From a virus (lineage: Duplodnaviria > Caudoviricetes), in IMG/VR virus record IMGVR_UViG_3300027806_000047, positions 1 through 60,011 of that record: a DNA stretch of 60,011 nt; one strand, given 5' to 3'. Shown one piece after another: positions 28,301 through 37,166 of this stretch. Under the pieces are notes generated by a model, which saw only the letters and a program-made list of their open reading frames with translations, did no database searches and had not been told where the DNA came from. The translations under genes were made by a program, and so were the position numbers. Within the stretch, counting starts at the first letter, position 1, and the number at the start of each line of letters is the position of its first letter.

Positions 28301-31300
28301 CCCGGACGGCGTCTCCGGCGGCAATGCCTTCTGGCGTTTGGAGGAAGTCGTAGAGGTCGCTGGAATGCTGCGACAGCACTGCCAGGCTCGGGTCTGCGAG
28401 CTGCTCCCGACTCAGGGAGCGGTTCCGAAGGTTGGGGTCCTTCATCAGGCGCGGCACCTCGATACCCCTCTGGGTGAGGAAGGCGGCCTGCACGTCCGGG
28501 GCGCCGGCCAGCTTGCGACGTGTCTCCAGCACGTTGTTCTCCCCCTTCTCGACCACCATGTCGTAGGCGCGTTCGCCTGGGGCGAGGTCGCTCCATGTCT
28601 GGAAACCCTTCGGGAGGAGTTCCTTCATCCGCTTCGAGAGCCTGTCCCGTGCTCCGCGCTTCACGGCCTGGAAAGGGCGCGGCTGGCGCGGAGAGTACAC
28701 GTCCGCGTTGTAGACCTTGTTGCGGGGATCCGCCTGGGGGTCGATGGCCGACTTGTCCGCGATGAGCGTGATGTCGCCGAAGCCCGTGAAGGCCGTGTCC
28801 TTCTTGGTGATGCCGAGGCTGGGCACTGGGATGCCGCCGAGCTTCAAGGCAGCGCGGATGCCTTCCTCGGTGGTGTTGTGCAGGGCCACCAGGTTCCGAT
28901 CGACCTTCGGGCTGAAGCGGATGTCTTCCTTTGCTTGGTCGAACCGCTGCGACAGCGGGATGACGTTTCCGGCGTCGTCGCGGGTGATGGGATCGGCCAA
29001 CTTGATTCGATCGGGGTCGAGCACGGCATAGGAATCGATCCCCTCCCGCTCCTGGAGCTTGAAGACTCTGAACCCTTGGCTGATCAGCTCCGCTCCAGCG
29101 TCGGCCGCCGGGTAGTCAAAGATCTCCCAAGTGAGATCTTTCTTGGGGTCGAACCGCGGCGACTTTCGGGCCGGATCCAGCTCCTGCATTTCACGGAACA
29201 GGTCCTCGTCTGCCGCCCATCCTCCAGCCTCATTGAACGCCCGGACCAGCTCCTTGTACTGCGGAGATTCTGGATCGGACAAATCGGCCACCTTGTCATC
29301 AGCTCTGAGGTAGAACGATCTCAGGTTGGACCCATAGCCCCGAGCGTACTCCTTGTCGGCGGTGAAGTACGAAGCCCCAGCCCTGCCGGGCTCAAACTCG
29401 GTGAACTCGTCGCCGGTCCCGTGCCATAGAGGGCCCAGCGTGTACCCCGCCGCCTTCGCCGCCTCATCCACCATCCGCTGCGCTGCCTGGGTGTCGCCCT
29501 TCTGCACCGCGTCGAGGTAGGCGGCGTCCTGCTCCGGAGTGATCTGCGGGCTGAACCGCTCCTGTCCCTTGGTGCTGATGGACTGGGCCATCTCAGGGGT
29601 GATGGAGACCTTCCAGAATGGGGTCTTCGCTTCTCCAGAGGACTTCACCTTGTAGCCCGCGCCCGCGTCGGGAGGTGCGACGTCCAACTCCGCCTTCTCG
29701 ACCTTCCCTCCCCACTGCTTGACGTACTTCTGGACCTCGTTGGGGAGGATCTTGTCGTAGAAGCCGCGCATGCCCTCTCCGCCAACCTTGAGATCAACCC
29801 CGCCCAAGGAACGGCGGGTGCCGAAAGCCGGTTGCGCGAGAAGTTTCTCCGCAGCCTCCTTGCCGATGTACTCTGGCAACTGCTCGGGTGATACGCCCGT
29901 TTGCTCAATGACCGTCTTGCCGTTGAGGTCGTAGGCTTTCAGGTTCGTGCCGGAATAGTGGATCTCGGAGATCCGCTTGCTCAGGTCAAACCGAGTCGCC
30001 TGGGTGTCGCCGGTAGTCCAGCCGACCCACCCCTGCCCGTTGGCCACCGCTTCCCGAAGAGCCCGTTTGAACATCTGAAGGCCCCAGTCCTTACGGAACG
30101 GCGCGTCAGGGACTCCGGTCTGGCCCCCGGTCTTTGAATTGATGTCGGACGACAGCGTGGTGATCTCGTCCTGCTGTGCTGGCGTCCGGTCTTTGGCGGG
30201 AATCTTGAGCAGCTCATCGAGGCGAGACTGCATCTGCTCCTTTGTTTGAGCGTACCCTTTCTGACGGCCCTCTTGATGGCGGTCGCTCTGGACCTCTTCG
30301 ATGAACAGGCCCGGCCGCCCGTCAGCATCGACACGGTCCTTGAGTCGCATGTGCGCCACGTAGTTAGAGGTGTCGAAATGGCGAGACTTGTAGCTCCCGC
30401 GCTCCCGATCGAACACGGCCCCCCTGTTGAGAGATTCCAAGGCACCTGCCACGGCCTCTTGTTCGGTGTTGAACAGGCCGTCAAGGCGGCTGTGGTTGAA
30501 CCCGACCTTGAAGCCGGACTTGTCGGACACCCAATACCCCTCCTTCGTCCCCGACTTCTGGAGCTTTGGCTGATACCCGGGAGGCAGTTCAGTCAGTTTC
30601 TTCTCCGGCATCGCCAGCACGACTTCGCGATAGTCCTCACCACCCGGCAAAGTGTAGTCGGCGTATTGAGAGTAGCCCGTATCGTCACGTTCCGAGCTGA
30701 AAACCTCTTGGCGCAACGGAACGCGGTTCTTCTGGAGTGCCTGCATCAGGGCCTCCTTGGGGACCTTGCCACCGTTCTGCGCGGCGAGCTGGTCGATGAC
30801 CTCGTCGGCCTTCGTCCACTTCATCTCCTCGGCCTTGACGCCGCGGTTCCGGAGCACTGCCTTCAACTGGGCGGCCGGCATCGAAGCACCCTTCATCTCG
30901 TCGCCGATGACCTGCTCCAGCTTCGAGTAGAAGCCCTTCTCCGGGCTCTGGGCGACGCCGGGGCTGAACAGGAGCTTCTCCCCAGCGTTGCGAACGACCT
31001 GGTCCTCGGAAGCCTCTCGGGGCGGGGTCTCGAACAGCCTCGGGGGCCGCATCATCGCATCGCGAAGTCCGCCGAATCCGGGGATGAACGCATCGTCCAA
31101 GATGCCGTCCCTGACCAGTTGCTCGAACATCACCGCGTCCGACTCGAACGACCCATACGCCACTGCCGATGAGGCTCCGTTGGCGATGGCGAACTTGCGG
31201 ACTTCCTCGGCGAACTTCTTGGAGTCGATGTTCGGGGAGATCTCGCCAACCGCTTTGATGTACTTGCGAGGATCCAGAAAGAGGATCATCCGAGACGGGT

Positions 31301-34300
31301 TGTTGGGGTTGGCAAACGCTGCCCCCACGCGAGCCAGCGCCGACGGCCCAACGATTTCAGCGTCCCAGATTGGCTTGTTGAGCCACTTGTCGGGGCCCGG
31401 CGCGGGCACCTGCACTCGATCCACGCTGCCGAAGCTCGTAATGATGTGGTGGTCGGTGTGGTTGGTAACGACGTGGCCCAAGAAGCGCAGCGTCGCGAGC
31501 GGGGAGCTTCGGAATCCAACCCACGACAGAATCGACTTCGTTGCCCGGACGTCCGGCTCGGAGGGGGTAGAGATGCCGGAAGGATGGTTGTGGGTCCAGA
31601 ATAGGCTGTCCGCACCGGACGCGACCGCCATCTTCGAGAGTTGGTCGATGTCTAAACCTTTCGTCAGCATGTGGACCGCGTCCGGCTGACGGACCGTCGT
31701 GTTCGCGACGGCCACCACTTTGCCTTCCTTCACGAACACCCACCGCATCGCCTCGAAGGCCGGGTTCCGGAACAGCGCGGCGACGGCGTGGCGGTCCTGG
31801 GCGGTCGCGGCCGACATCCCGATCGGGTTTACGGGACCGCGCTTCAGTAGGCGCTTGATGCGGCTGGCAGTGATCGAGAACGTGGTCGGCGCGTCCTTCG
31901 GTTGGCGAGGTGCTCGCGGGGCGGGCGAGGGCTTCTCAGGGGCCAGCGCCTCCTCCGTTCCGAGCTGATCCACGGCCTTGTTGAAGTTCAGCTCGAGCTG
32001 CTCGGGCGGGACCACCTGCGGGCTCAGGTTCCGGACCTGCTTGCTGTAGTCGGGCTTCTGGTAACCCGTCACGTCGCTCGGCTCGACGGTCTGGAGACGG
32101 TCGGCGCGGTAGGAGCGCACGATGCCCTGACGGTCCTTGCCCTTGGCCTGGGGCCGCAGCGGGTTCAGCGCCTCGAAGGTGCGATTGCCGCCCACCAGGA
32201 AGACGTTGATGACGTTCCGCTTCATCTCGCCGATGCCGTCCGACCCCGGTCGGCCCTCAGCGTGGTTCTTCAGGTAGGTCTGGACGTCGGCCTTGAAGGT
32301 GCTCAGGTCGCCGTTCCACAGCTCAAGACTTAGGGGACCCTTTCGGCCTGCCCAGTCGGAGGCCTTCCGGTCCAGAGCCGTCAGGCTGTAGTTCTGCACC
32401 AGGAGGTTGCCCTGCTTGTCGACCTTGAACGCGAAGGGGATGAAGTCCTTGTACTGGGCTTCCATCGCGCCCAGGGACTCGCGGACGCTCGCGGCCCAGC
32501 CGTCGCCCGTGCCGATCTGCTGATACCAGCCGGCCATCGTCTCGTTGTTCGCGATCGCCTGCTCGACGCGGCGGAGCATGTTCTTGGTGCCCTCGCCGAA
32601 GCTGCGGGCCGTCGCGTAGAACTGCTCGCCCAGTCGGGTGCCGGTCTTCTCGGTCAGCCCCGACGGGCCTTGGCGGACGCCGACGTTGCTCGCCTGCGGG
32701 TTGGCGTTTCCGGAGGGCGGGACGTCCGGGAACAGCGTCAGCACTTCCTTTCGGCGGTTCCGGACGCGGGCCCGGACGACCGGGACGGGCGTCTCGCGGG
32801 TCTGGCCGTTCACGACATCGACAAAGTCGTTGCCCTGAGTGCCGTCGGCTCGGGTCTCGGTCGGGAGGGCAGGGTGGTTGCCGGCCTGCTCGGGCCGGAG
32901 CCTCACGCCGGGCTCCTTCTGCATGTCCACGGCCGGCCGGAACTCCGAGGCCGCCTGGAACTGCTGTCGCACCAAGTCGAGGGTGGCCGGATCCTTGAGC
33001 ACTTTCCGCACGTCAGCATCCCGGAAGAACGACTGCGTGTCGGTGCGCCCTAAGACGACGGGAAGCGCCTCGTTCAGGTTCACTCCGCGGAGACCGTTGG
33101 CCATCGCCTCGGAGAACAGTTCGCCGACGATGAAGGCGTCGTCCTGCGGGATCGTGCGCCCGAGGGCCTGCTGGTAGTCCTGGCGAGCGCGGGCCATGCC
33201 GTCGGGACCGAGAGCCTGCCGGAAGTGCTGGATGATTGCCGGATTCGAGGCGGCGACCGACGCCATGAGGGCATGGCCGATCTCATGGAGCTGCCGGCCG
33301 GCGGCATCTACAGCCTCCAGGTTGACGGCGACGCGCCCTGTGGACTCGTCAAAGTAGGCCGCCGCGTTCGGATCCTTCGACGACTTTGCGAACTGGGCCG
33401 CATCCATCAGGTCGACCTTCAGGTCCTGACGTCCGGCCAGCATTCCCTGGAACGTCTGCTCCAGGATGACCGACGAGTGCATCAGTTCATCCGGGGTGGA
33501 CGCAACGACCAAGGGGTCCGCACCCGCTTGGATCGACTCGGAGGCCTTCCGCATCGAGTCGTAGGCGAAAGCCAGAGCCTTCCGCTCACGCGACATCCGG
33601 CGGAGCGCCGGGAGGGTGCCCGCGCCGCCGAGCAGGCCGCCGACGCCCGCTTCGCCGCCGATCTCCTCGCCCGACTTGCTGGTGTCTAGGCCGGTGAGCA
33701 GTGCGTCGGTGGCCGCGCCCTCGACGACGCCCTTGCCGAGGTCGCTGCCGACCCGCAGGCCCGTCTCGACCATCTGGCCGGCCTTCAGCTTGCCGACGAC
33801 GTTGGCCGTCACACCCCGGACAAGCCACTGGGGCGCGTTCGGGTCCTTGGCGATCTGCCGCCAGACGGGGATCGAGGAGTCCCAGTCCGCGTCCGCGATG
33901 GTGCGGAGCGCCGTGCCGGCCCGGGAGGCATTCTCCGACCACCGAGCAGCCTTTCGGATCGCTTCGGGCACCTGGGAACCGGCGAGGGCCCCCAAGGGAC
34001 CACTCGACGCGCCTGCGACGGCGCTGGCGGCACTCAGGGTGCCTTCGTATTTGTCCGCAAGCTCGCCAACCTTGCCGGCGGCCCTCTCCACCAGCTTTCC
34101 GCCGGTCTCGGCAGCCCGGCCGGCGGCCCCAATGCCCCGCTGGAATGCCCCCGGGCCCGCCTGAGCAGCTTCTGCGGCTTTCTTCGCAAACAGCGACTGG
34201 GCCCGCTTCGACTCCGAAGGCGGGGTCAATTGGATCGAGGGCGTCTGGAGGGGCGGGGCAGTCTCGTCGCTGCGCTGAACGGCCTCTTCCCAGGCCTTGC

Positions 34301-35201
34301 GGTTGTTCTCGGCGATGCGGGCGGCGCTGCCTTTGGCCTGTTGGGCCTTCGCAATCGTCGCTGCCTTGCCGCCCATCTCCAGAATGGGGGTGCCCAGCTT
34401 CTTGGTGATCCCGGGGGCTACCTTTTCGCCAATGCGAGTGCCGAGCCTGACCGCTCGGGATTGGAGAAGACCCGGGTCGGCCACCATCGACGCCAGCTCG
34501 GTGGTCTGGGCAAGGTCCTTCGGTGGGGTAACCGCCTTACCGAGCTTTTCGGCAATGGTGGTGTCTCCGCCTGTGGCCAAGTCAGCAACAGACGTGACCA
34601 CCTCCCCGAGCAGAGAACGATCTCCCTTCTGTAAGGCCTCGCGATCCGCCGCCTGCGCCGCGTCGCGGGCTTGAGCTTCGCGAATGACCGCAGCAGCCTG
34701 CCGGGGAAACACCTGAAGCATGGACAGCGTCCGGTCCATGCTGGGGCCCGCAAACTGCCAAGCGTTTTCGACCGCCCGGTCCACCGTGGGCAGGAACCCC
34801 TCTTCCGCGACTGCTCGACGCAAGACTCGGTAAGGGTCGAGTACCTGAGACTCGAACACATCCTTACCAAGTTGCCCAAGGTCGGCCGCACCGCGGAGAA
34901 CCGCTTCACCAGCCACCCTCGACGCATCCGTACCGGGAAGGTCGGGTTTGAGGTCCGGCGGAGCTGTCATCCGTCCGGCCAGCTCGCCAGCCGCGCCCGA
35001 GACTTGGCCCGCGAAGTCCGAAATGCCCTGCACGGCCCCCCGGGCATACGCCATCGGGTTTAGGCGGGATTTTACGGCCTCAGTACGGGCCTCGACGGCC
35101 TGCTGCGTCTCCAGCTCCTCCGGACTGACCACAGGAGCGTCGGCGATGAAGGGCTTGGAGCCGGCGGTCTTGATAGCAGGGTAGTTGGCGATGAAGGGCA
35201 T
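25371..35201 (-). CDS. giant polyvalent internal virion/ejection protein (3276 aa)
   Basis: Last gene of the ejection cluster. HEIGH zincin, HNHPSG..PS..D JAB/RadC, EEVQSD domain, two WHG ART-like domains, YFEAKP domain, HhH-like C-terminus. Confidence 0.85.
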   Translation of the reverse strand: MPFIANYPAIKTAGSKPFIADAPVVSPEELETQQAVEARTEAVKSRLNPMAYARGAVQGISDFAGQVSGAAGELAGRMTAPPDLKPDLPGTDASRVAGEAVLRGAADLGQLGKDVFESQVLDPYRVLRRAVAEEGFLPTVDRAVENAWQFAGPSMDRTLSMLQVFPRQAAAVIREAQARDAAQAADREALQKGDRSLLGEVVTSVADLATGGDTTIAEKLGKAVTPPKDLAQTTELASMVADPGLLQSRAVRLGTRIGEKVAPGITKKLGTPILEMGGKAATIAKAQQAKGSAARIAENNRKAWEEAVQRSDETAPPLQTPSIQLTPPSESKRAQSLFAKKAAEAAQAGPGAFQRGIGAAGRAAETGGKLVERAAGKVGELADKYEGTLSAASAVAGASSGPLGALAGSQVPEAIRKAARWSENASRAGTALRTIADADWDSSIPVWRQIAKDPNAPQWLVRGVTANVVGKLKAGQMVETGLRVGSDLGKGVVEGAATDALLTGLDTSKSGEEIGGEAGVGGLLGGAGTLPALRRMSRERKALAFAYDSMRKASESIQAGADPLVVASTPDELMHSSVILEQTFQGMLAGRQDLKVDLMDAAQFAKSSKDPNAAAYFDESTGRVAVNLEAVDAAGRQLHEIGHALMASVAASNPAIIQHFRQALGPDGMARARQDYQQALGRTIPQDDAFIVGELFSEAMANGLRGVNLNEALPVVLGRTDTQSFFRDADVRKVLKDPATLDLVRQQFQAASEFRPAVDMQKEPGVRLRPEQAGNHPALPTETRADGTQGNDFVDVVNGQTRETPVPVVRARVRNRRKEVLTLFPDVPPSGNANPQASNVGVRQGPSGLTEKTGTRLGEQFYATARSFGEGTKNMLRRVEQAIANNETMAGWYQQIGTGDGWAASVRESLGAMEAQYKDFIPFAFKVDKQGNLLVQNYSLTALDRKASDWAGRKGPLSLELWNGDLSTFKADVQTYLKNHAEGRPGSDGIGEMKRNVINVFLVGGNRTFEALNPLRPQAKGKDRQGIVRSYRADRLQTVEPSDVTGYQKPDYSKQVRNLSPQVVPPEQLELNFNKAVDQLGTEEALAPEKPSPAPRAPRQPKDAPTTFSITASRIKRLLKRGPVNPIGMSAATAQDRHAVAALFRNPAFEAMRWVFVKEGKVVAVANTTVRQPDAVHMLTKGLDIDQLSKMAVASGADSLFWTHNHPSGISTPSEPDVRATKSILSWVGFRSSPLATLRFLGHVVTNHTDHHIITSFGSVDRVQVPAPGPDKWLNKPIWDAEIVGPSALARVGAAFANPNNPSRMILFLDPRKYIKAVGEISPNIDSKKFAEEVRKFAIANGASSAVAYGSFESDAVMFEQLVRDGILDDAFIPGFGGLRDAMMRPPRLFETPPREASEDQVVRNAGEKLLFSPGVAQSPEKGFYSKLEQVIGDEMKGASMPAAQLKAVLRNRGVKAEEMKWTKADEVIDQLAAQNGGKVPKEALMQALQKNRVPLRQEVFSSERDDTGYSQYADYTLPGGEDYREVVLAMPEKKLTELPPGYQPKLQKSGTKEGYWVSDKSGFKVGFNHSRLDGLFNTEQEAVAGALESLNRGAVFDRERGSYKSRHFDTSNYVAHMRLKDRVDADGRPGLFIEEVQSDRHQEGRQKGYAQTKEQMQSRLDELLKIPAKDRTPAQQDEITTLSSDINSKTGGQTGVPDAPFRKDWGLQMFKRALREAVANGQGWVGWTTGDTQATRFDLSKRISEIHYSGTNLKAYDLNGKTVIEQTGVSPEQLPEYIGKEAAEKLLAQPAFGTRRSLGGVDLKVGGEGMRGFYDKILPNEVQKYVKQWGGKVEKAELDVAPPDAGAGYKVKSSGEAKTPFWKVSITPEMAQSISTKGQERFSPQITPEQDAAYLDAVQKGDTQAAQRMVDEAAKAAGYTLGPLWHGTGDEFTEFEPGRAGASYFTADKEYARGYGSNLRSFYLRADDKVADLSDPESPQYKELVRAFNEAGGWAADEDLFREMQELDPARKSPRFDPKKDLTWEIFDYPAADAGAELISQGFRVFKLQEREGIDSYAVLDPDRIKLADPITRDDAGNVIPLSQRFDQAKEDIRFSPKVDRNLVALHNTTEEGIRAALKLGGIPVPSLGITKKDTAFTGFGDITLIADKSAIDPQADPRNKVYNADVYSPRQPRPFQAVKRGARDRLSKRMKELLPKGFQTWSDLAPGERAYDMVVEKGENNVLETRRKLAGAPDVQAAFLTQRGIEVPRLMKDPNLRNRSLSREQLADPSLAVLSQHSSDLYDFLQTPEGIAAGDAVRDLAVAGRMSDLEGITEEQKQRLNGLMEKSYGARGTPFPFRYISDIVDDLATVAKNEQEIDRYGIQDWIREQLTPLKAEFEQWVDGLVADTFETDQKLLSGRTKKPYALDTLVEEMSGDPRARERGMTYSLGKARSDSAKALPSLEAVRSERGSLTDSESMRAFKDAQSREFSELSDRLQYFNPEAGAFERLDRLSEAVGKAAKRPATTGALLSAAGFKRVPDSLVKAVRDFATKLATAPTEYFEAKPQRAVTLNEFRAAVVPESTSPEVVDALRQAGLAVETYTDNANRVATVERLSTEKDLLFSPKITPEQDAAYLSAVQKGDTAAAQRMVDEAAVKAGYTVGPVWHGGAKPTVFNVRAGEKTSRHESSALGSFFSDSEETASQYGNTAPYFLRIENPIELSEREQSALDTVAKARLFRMKAKQDGFDGAIIRTQDAPGFKGGTEYVAFDPTQIKSADPITRDDAGNVIPLSQRFDQAKEDIRFSPAVTPDPKYLVRVPGATVKAEKMGMSAIADEMAEVNTAMAAAATKEEKKALRAKLKELSQSKQDLVPLVSYTMPTLAKSLPKNSLAGAKNQTELQKVFFGRLDAAVDRVRNDPTRFVDPAGYVEFMRTAGVSGNVLMPPPGAELLLNNPQQYVALVTGAYHGPKTAAGTLAAAMSGLDSTVAMRQAIQARVQGASQFVAPPPMVAAMHHLWGVLSRRLAPIHQEASWLRLVSQPEVLEHIQKSIDGTLGPDFTQDAWNAIVSRAYKATAQPGNLLGNSATSNANSFYLMLSRWNGAWDKVSDVYATPSSREMGRRFWSLNRGSVGIKNKVQRFVGLTFGIPGLIMDRWKFVEFFMGQFGKAPQDYFKYTSTGTPEDVASIYGGYGPIENADPTFSLAFYEGMETVLQAAIDRSQDIKNLLGNHPNVGGSPTLGWNAIKNEAVGHSSLDLTHDLLQHSDITPDAVLAQVRAKQYYTEGLDGSTLKRFTLKP
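26842..28997 (-). repeat. dispersed direct repeat pair (26842-26930 and 28909-28997)
   Basis: Both copies encode ADPITRDDAGNVIPLSQRFDQAKEDIRFSP with near-identical DNA. Confidence 0.9.
27278..29555 (-). repeat. dispersed direct repeat pair (27278-27392 and 29441-29555)
   Basis: Both copies encode FSPxITPEQDAAYLxAVQKGDTxAAQRMVDEAAxxAGYT. Confidence 0.9.
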
Positions 35202-35204
35202 GGC

Positions 35205-36386
35205 TTATGGCTTGCGTTTGACCTCCCCCGAATCATCAAGGAACAGGGTTCCGGATGGCAGGGCGTTGAACTCGGCTTCTGATCGGACCCGTTCTACTCC
35301 GGGCGGCAGCGAAGGCCCCCCGGCCGGGGCCTCGAGGCCGAGGTCGACGGCTCGAGTGTTGAGGTCGTTCACCAGGCGATCGATCGCGTTCTTGGCGACC
35401 GTGTCGTCCGCGGTCATGCCGAGCGGCACCATGAACTTCTTGGTCGCGTTGACTTCGCCCTCACGCGCCACGCTGCCGGGGTCCAAGACCTTGGCCATGC
35501 TGATCGCCAGCAGGTAGGGGTTCTGCTCCAAAAGGGCCGCGTCTTGGGCGTTTCCAAACCGGCTTTCCCAGGTCCCGCTCCGGTCAATCGCGTCCTTCAG
35601 CTCCTGGGCGTACCGGCGGGCGGCCTTCAGGTTTTGGAGCGTGACGGTCTTGTCCGAAATCTTGGTCGCCGACTCCGGCTGGTTGTATGGAGACAACTTC
35701 ACCTCGTTCGACTTCGGGTCGATCGTCCGGATGAACTGCCCTTGTCCCCCGCTGGGGAGCGGAAGATCCACGATCTGCGGCTCGGTCACCGGATAGGTGC
35801 GCTCAAAAGTAGGGCCGGTCGGCCCCACCGAGCCAATGCGCCAGCCCGGAGTTGCCGCAGGGGCCGCAGGGGCCGCAGGGGCCGCAGGCACTCCTCCAGG
35901 AGCGGCGGGGGCCATTACGTCCGGGGCCGGCCCGCTGACAGGAGGAATGCCTCCGGCCGCAGCGTCCGGCCGGCCCAGAAACATTTCGTAATAGTTCGGC
36001 TTCAGCTCCTCGGCTTTCCCGTCTTCGCTGATCAGGAACCGTTTCCCTCCGATGTCCCTGACGACCGGCTCCCCTGGGATGCGCTCGAAGGTAAAGTCCG
36101 TTCCGCCGAACTCGTTCCGAGTGCCCGTCTTGGCCCGCATGCCTGCGGGCACCTGCGGGGGCTGAAGGCTCTTGTCGATCGCGCCTTTCTTGATGCCGAG
36201 AAGCTCAAGGTCGAGCTTGTGTCGAGCAGCGTCGCGGGCGGCCCGCTCCCGCTCGATGTCGAGCCGGTCCTTCTCGTAGCCCATCCGCTGCTCCTCGAGC
36301 TGCTGCCGGCGCTTGCGCTCCTTCGACTCCGCGAGCATGCCCATGCCCTGCTGGAACGCCTGAAATCCGCTGGTCCAATCGCTCAT
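35205..36386 (-). CDS. putative ejection/internal virion protein
   Basis: Position, N-terminal amphipathic plus coiled-coil region, C-terminal EFNALPSGTLFLDDSG. Confidence 0.65.
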   Translation of the reverse strand: MSDWTSGFQAFQQGMGMLAESKERKRRQQLEEQRMGYEKDRLDIERERAARDAARHKLDLELLGIKKGAIDKSLQPPQVPAGMRAKTGTRNEFGGTDFTFERIPGEPVVRDIGGKRFLISEDGKAEELKPNYYEMFLGRPDAAAGGIPPVSGPAPDVMAPAAPGGVPAAPAAPAAPAATPGWRIGSVGPTGPTFERTYPVTEPQIVDLPLPSGGQGQFIRTIDPKSNEVKLSPYNQPESATKISDKTVTLQNLKAARRYAQELKDAIDRSGTWESRFGNAQDAALLEQNPYLLAISMAKVLDPGSVAREGEVNATKKFMVPLGMTADDTVAKNAIDRLVNDLNTRAVDLGLEAPAGGPSLPPGVERVRSEAEFNALPSGTLFLDDSGEVKRKP

Positions 36387-36395
36387 GGTTCCTCC

Positions 36396-37151
36396 TTACA
36401 AAAGTCCTGCTGCACTTGCTGCACCTGCCGCGCCGAGACCCTGCAAGATGTAGTCGCCCGCGCCCGGCTTGTAGTACTGGTTGCCATTCATGGCCGGGGG
36501 CTCGCCGCTTGCCAGCGTCTTCACCAGGTTGGCGATGGTGTCGTAGCCCGCGTACTCGAGGCCGGGGATAGCCTGGAGCATCTCCACCGGGCGCGATGCA
36601 GCACTCGAGACGATCTGAGGGGCGGCCATCTGAAGTCCGCGCTCCCGGGCGTAGTTCTCGGCCTGCGTCTGAGCCTCGGTGGCCCCCATTGCAGCCTGGC
36701 GCATCGCCTCCTGCCGACCGATCTGGGCCTCCAGAGCCGCCGCGGTGCCCTCCTGGGCGAGTTGGTTGCCGGTCCCGAAGGTCTGGCCCGCCCGGCTGAA
36801 CTGGGCGCGGGAGGCGTTCTGGGCCGACGCGAGGTTGGCGCGGGCGTCCGCAGCACCTGCCTGGGCGGCCGTGTTGGATGCCGCACGGGTAGCGGCTAGG
36901 CTCCGGTCCAGCAGCGGGCTGCGGAGGTAGTCCCCGCGCATCACACTCCTGCCGAACTGGCCGACAGGAGCCATGGCTCGCGCCCCCGTCCGGGCCGCCG
37001 CGACGGCTTCCTGAGCGCCGGCCCCGGCACGGCCTTGGATGCCTGGCAGGGCATCGAACACGTATTTCCGAAGAGCCTGGCCCCCGCTCTGGCTGTAGAG
37101 CGGGTCCATCTCCTTCGGGTCGGCTTGCTTGGTATCTCCGCAAAATCCCAT
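36396..37151 (-). CDS. putative ejection (pilot-like) protein
   Basis: MGFCG start, Ala/Gln-rich helices, hydrophobic Gly/Ala C-terminus. Confidence 0.65.
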   Translation of the reverse strand: MGFCGDTKQADPKEMDPLYSQSGGQALRKYVFDALPGIQGRAGAGAQEAVAAARTGARAMAPVGQFGRSVMRGDYLRSPLLDRSLAATRAASNTAAQAGAADARANLASAQNASRAQFSRAGQTFGTGNQLAQEGTAAALEAQIGRQEAMRQAAMGATEAQTQAENYARERGLQMAAPQIVSSAASRPVEMLQAIPGLEYAGYDTIANLVKTLASGEPPAMNGNQYYKPGAGDYILQGLGAAGAASAAGLL

Positions 37152-37166
37152 AGATCCTCCTGTGTG

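Noticed and set aside
26842-29555. Repeat pairs as DGR template and variable regions
   Set aside because: No reverse transcriptase in the window, both copies are coding, and differences are not adenine-specific.
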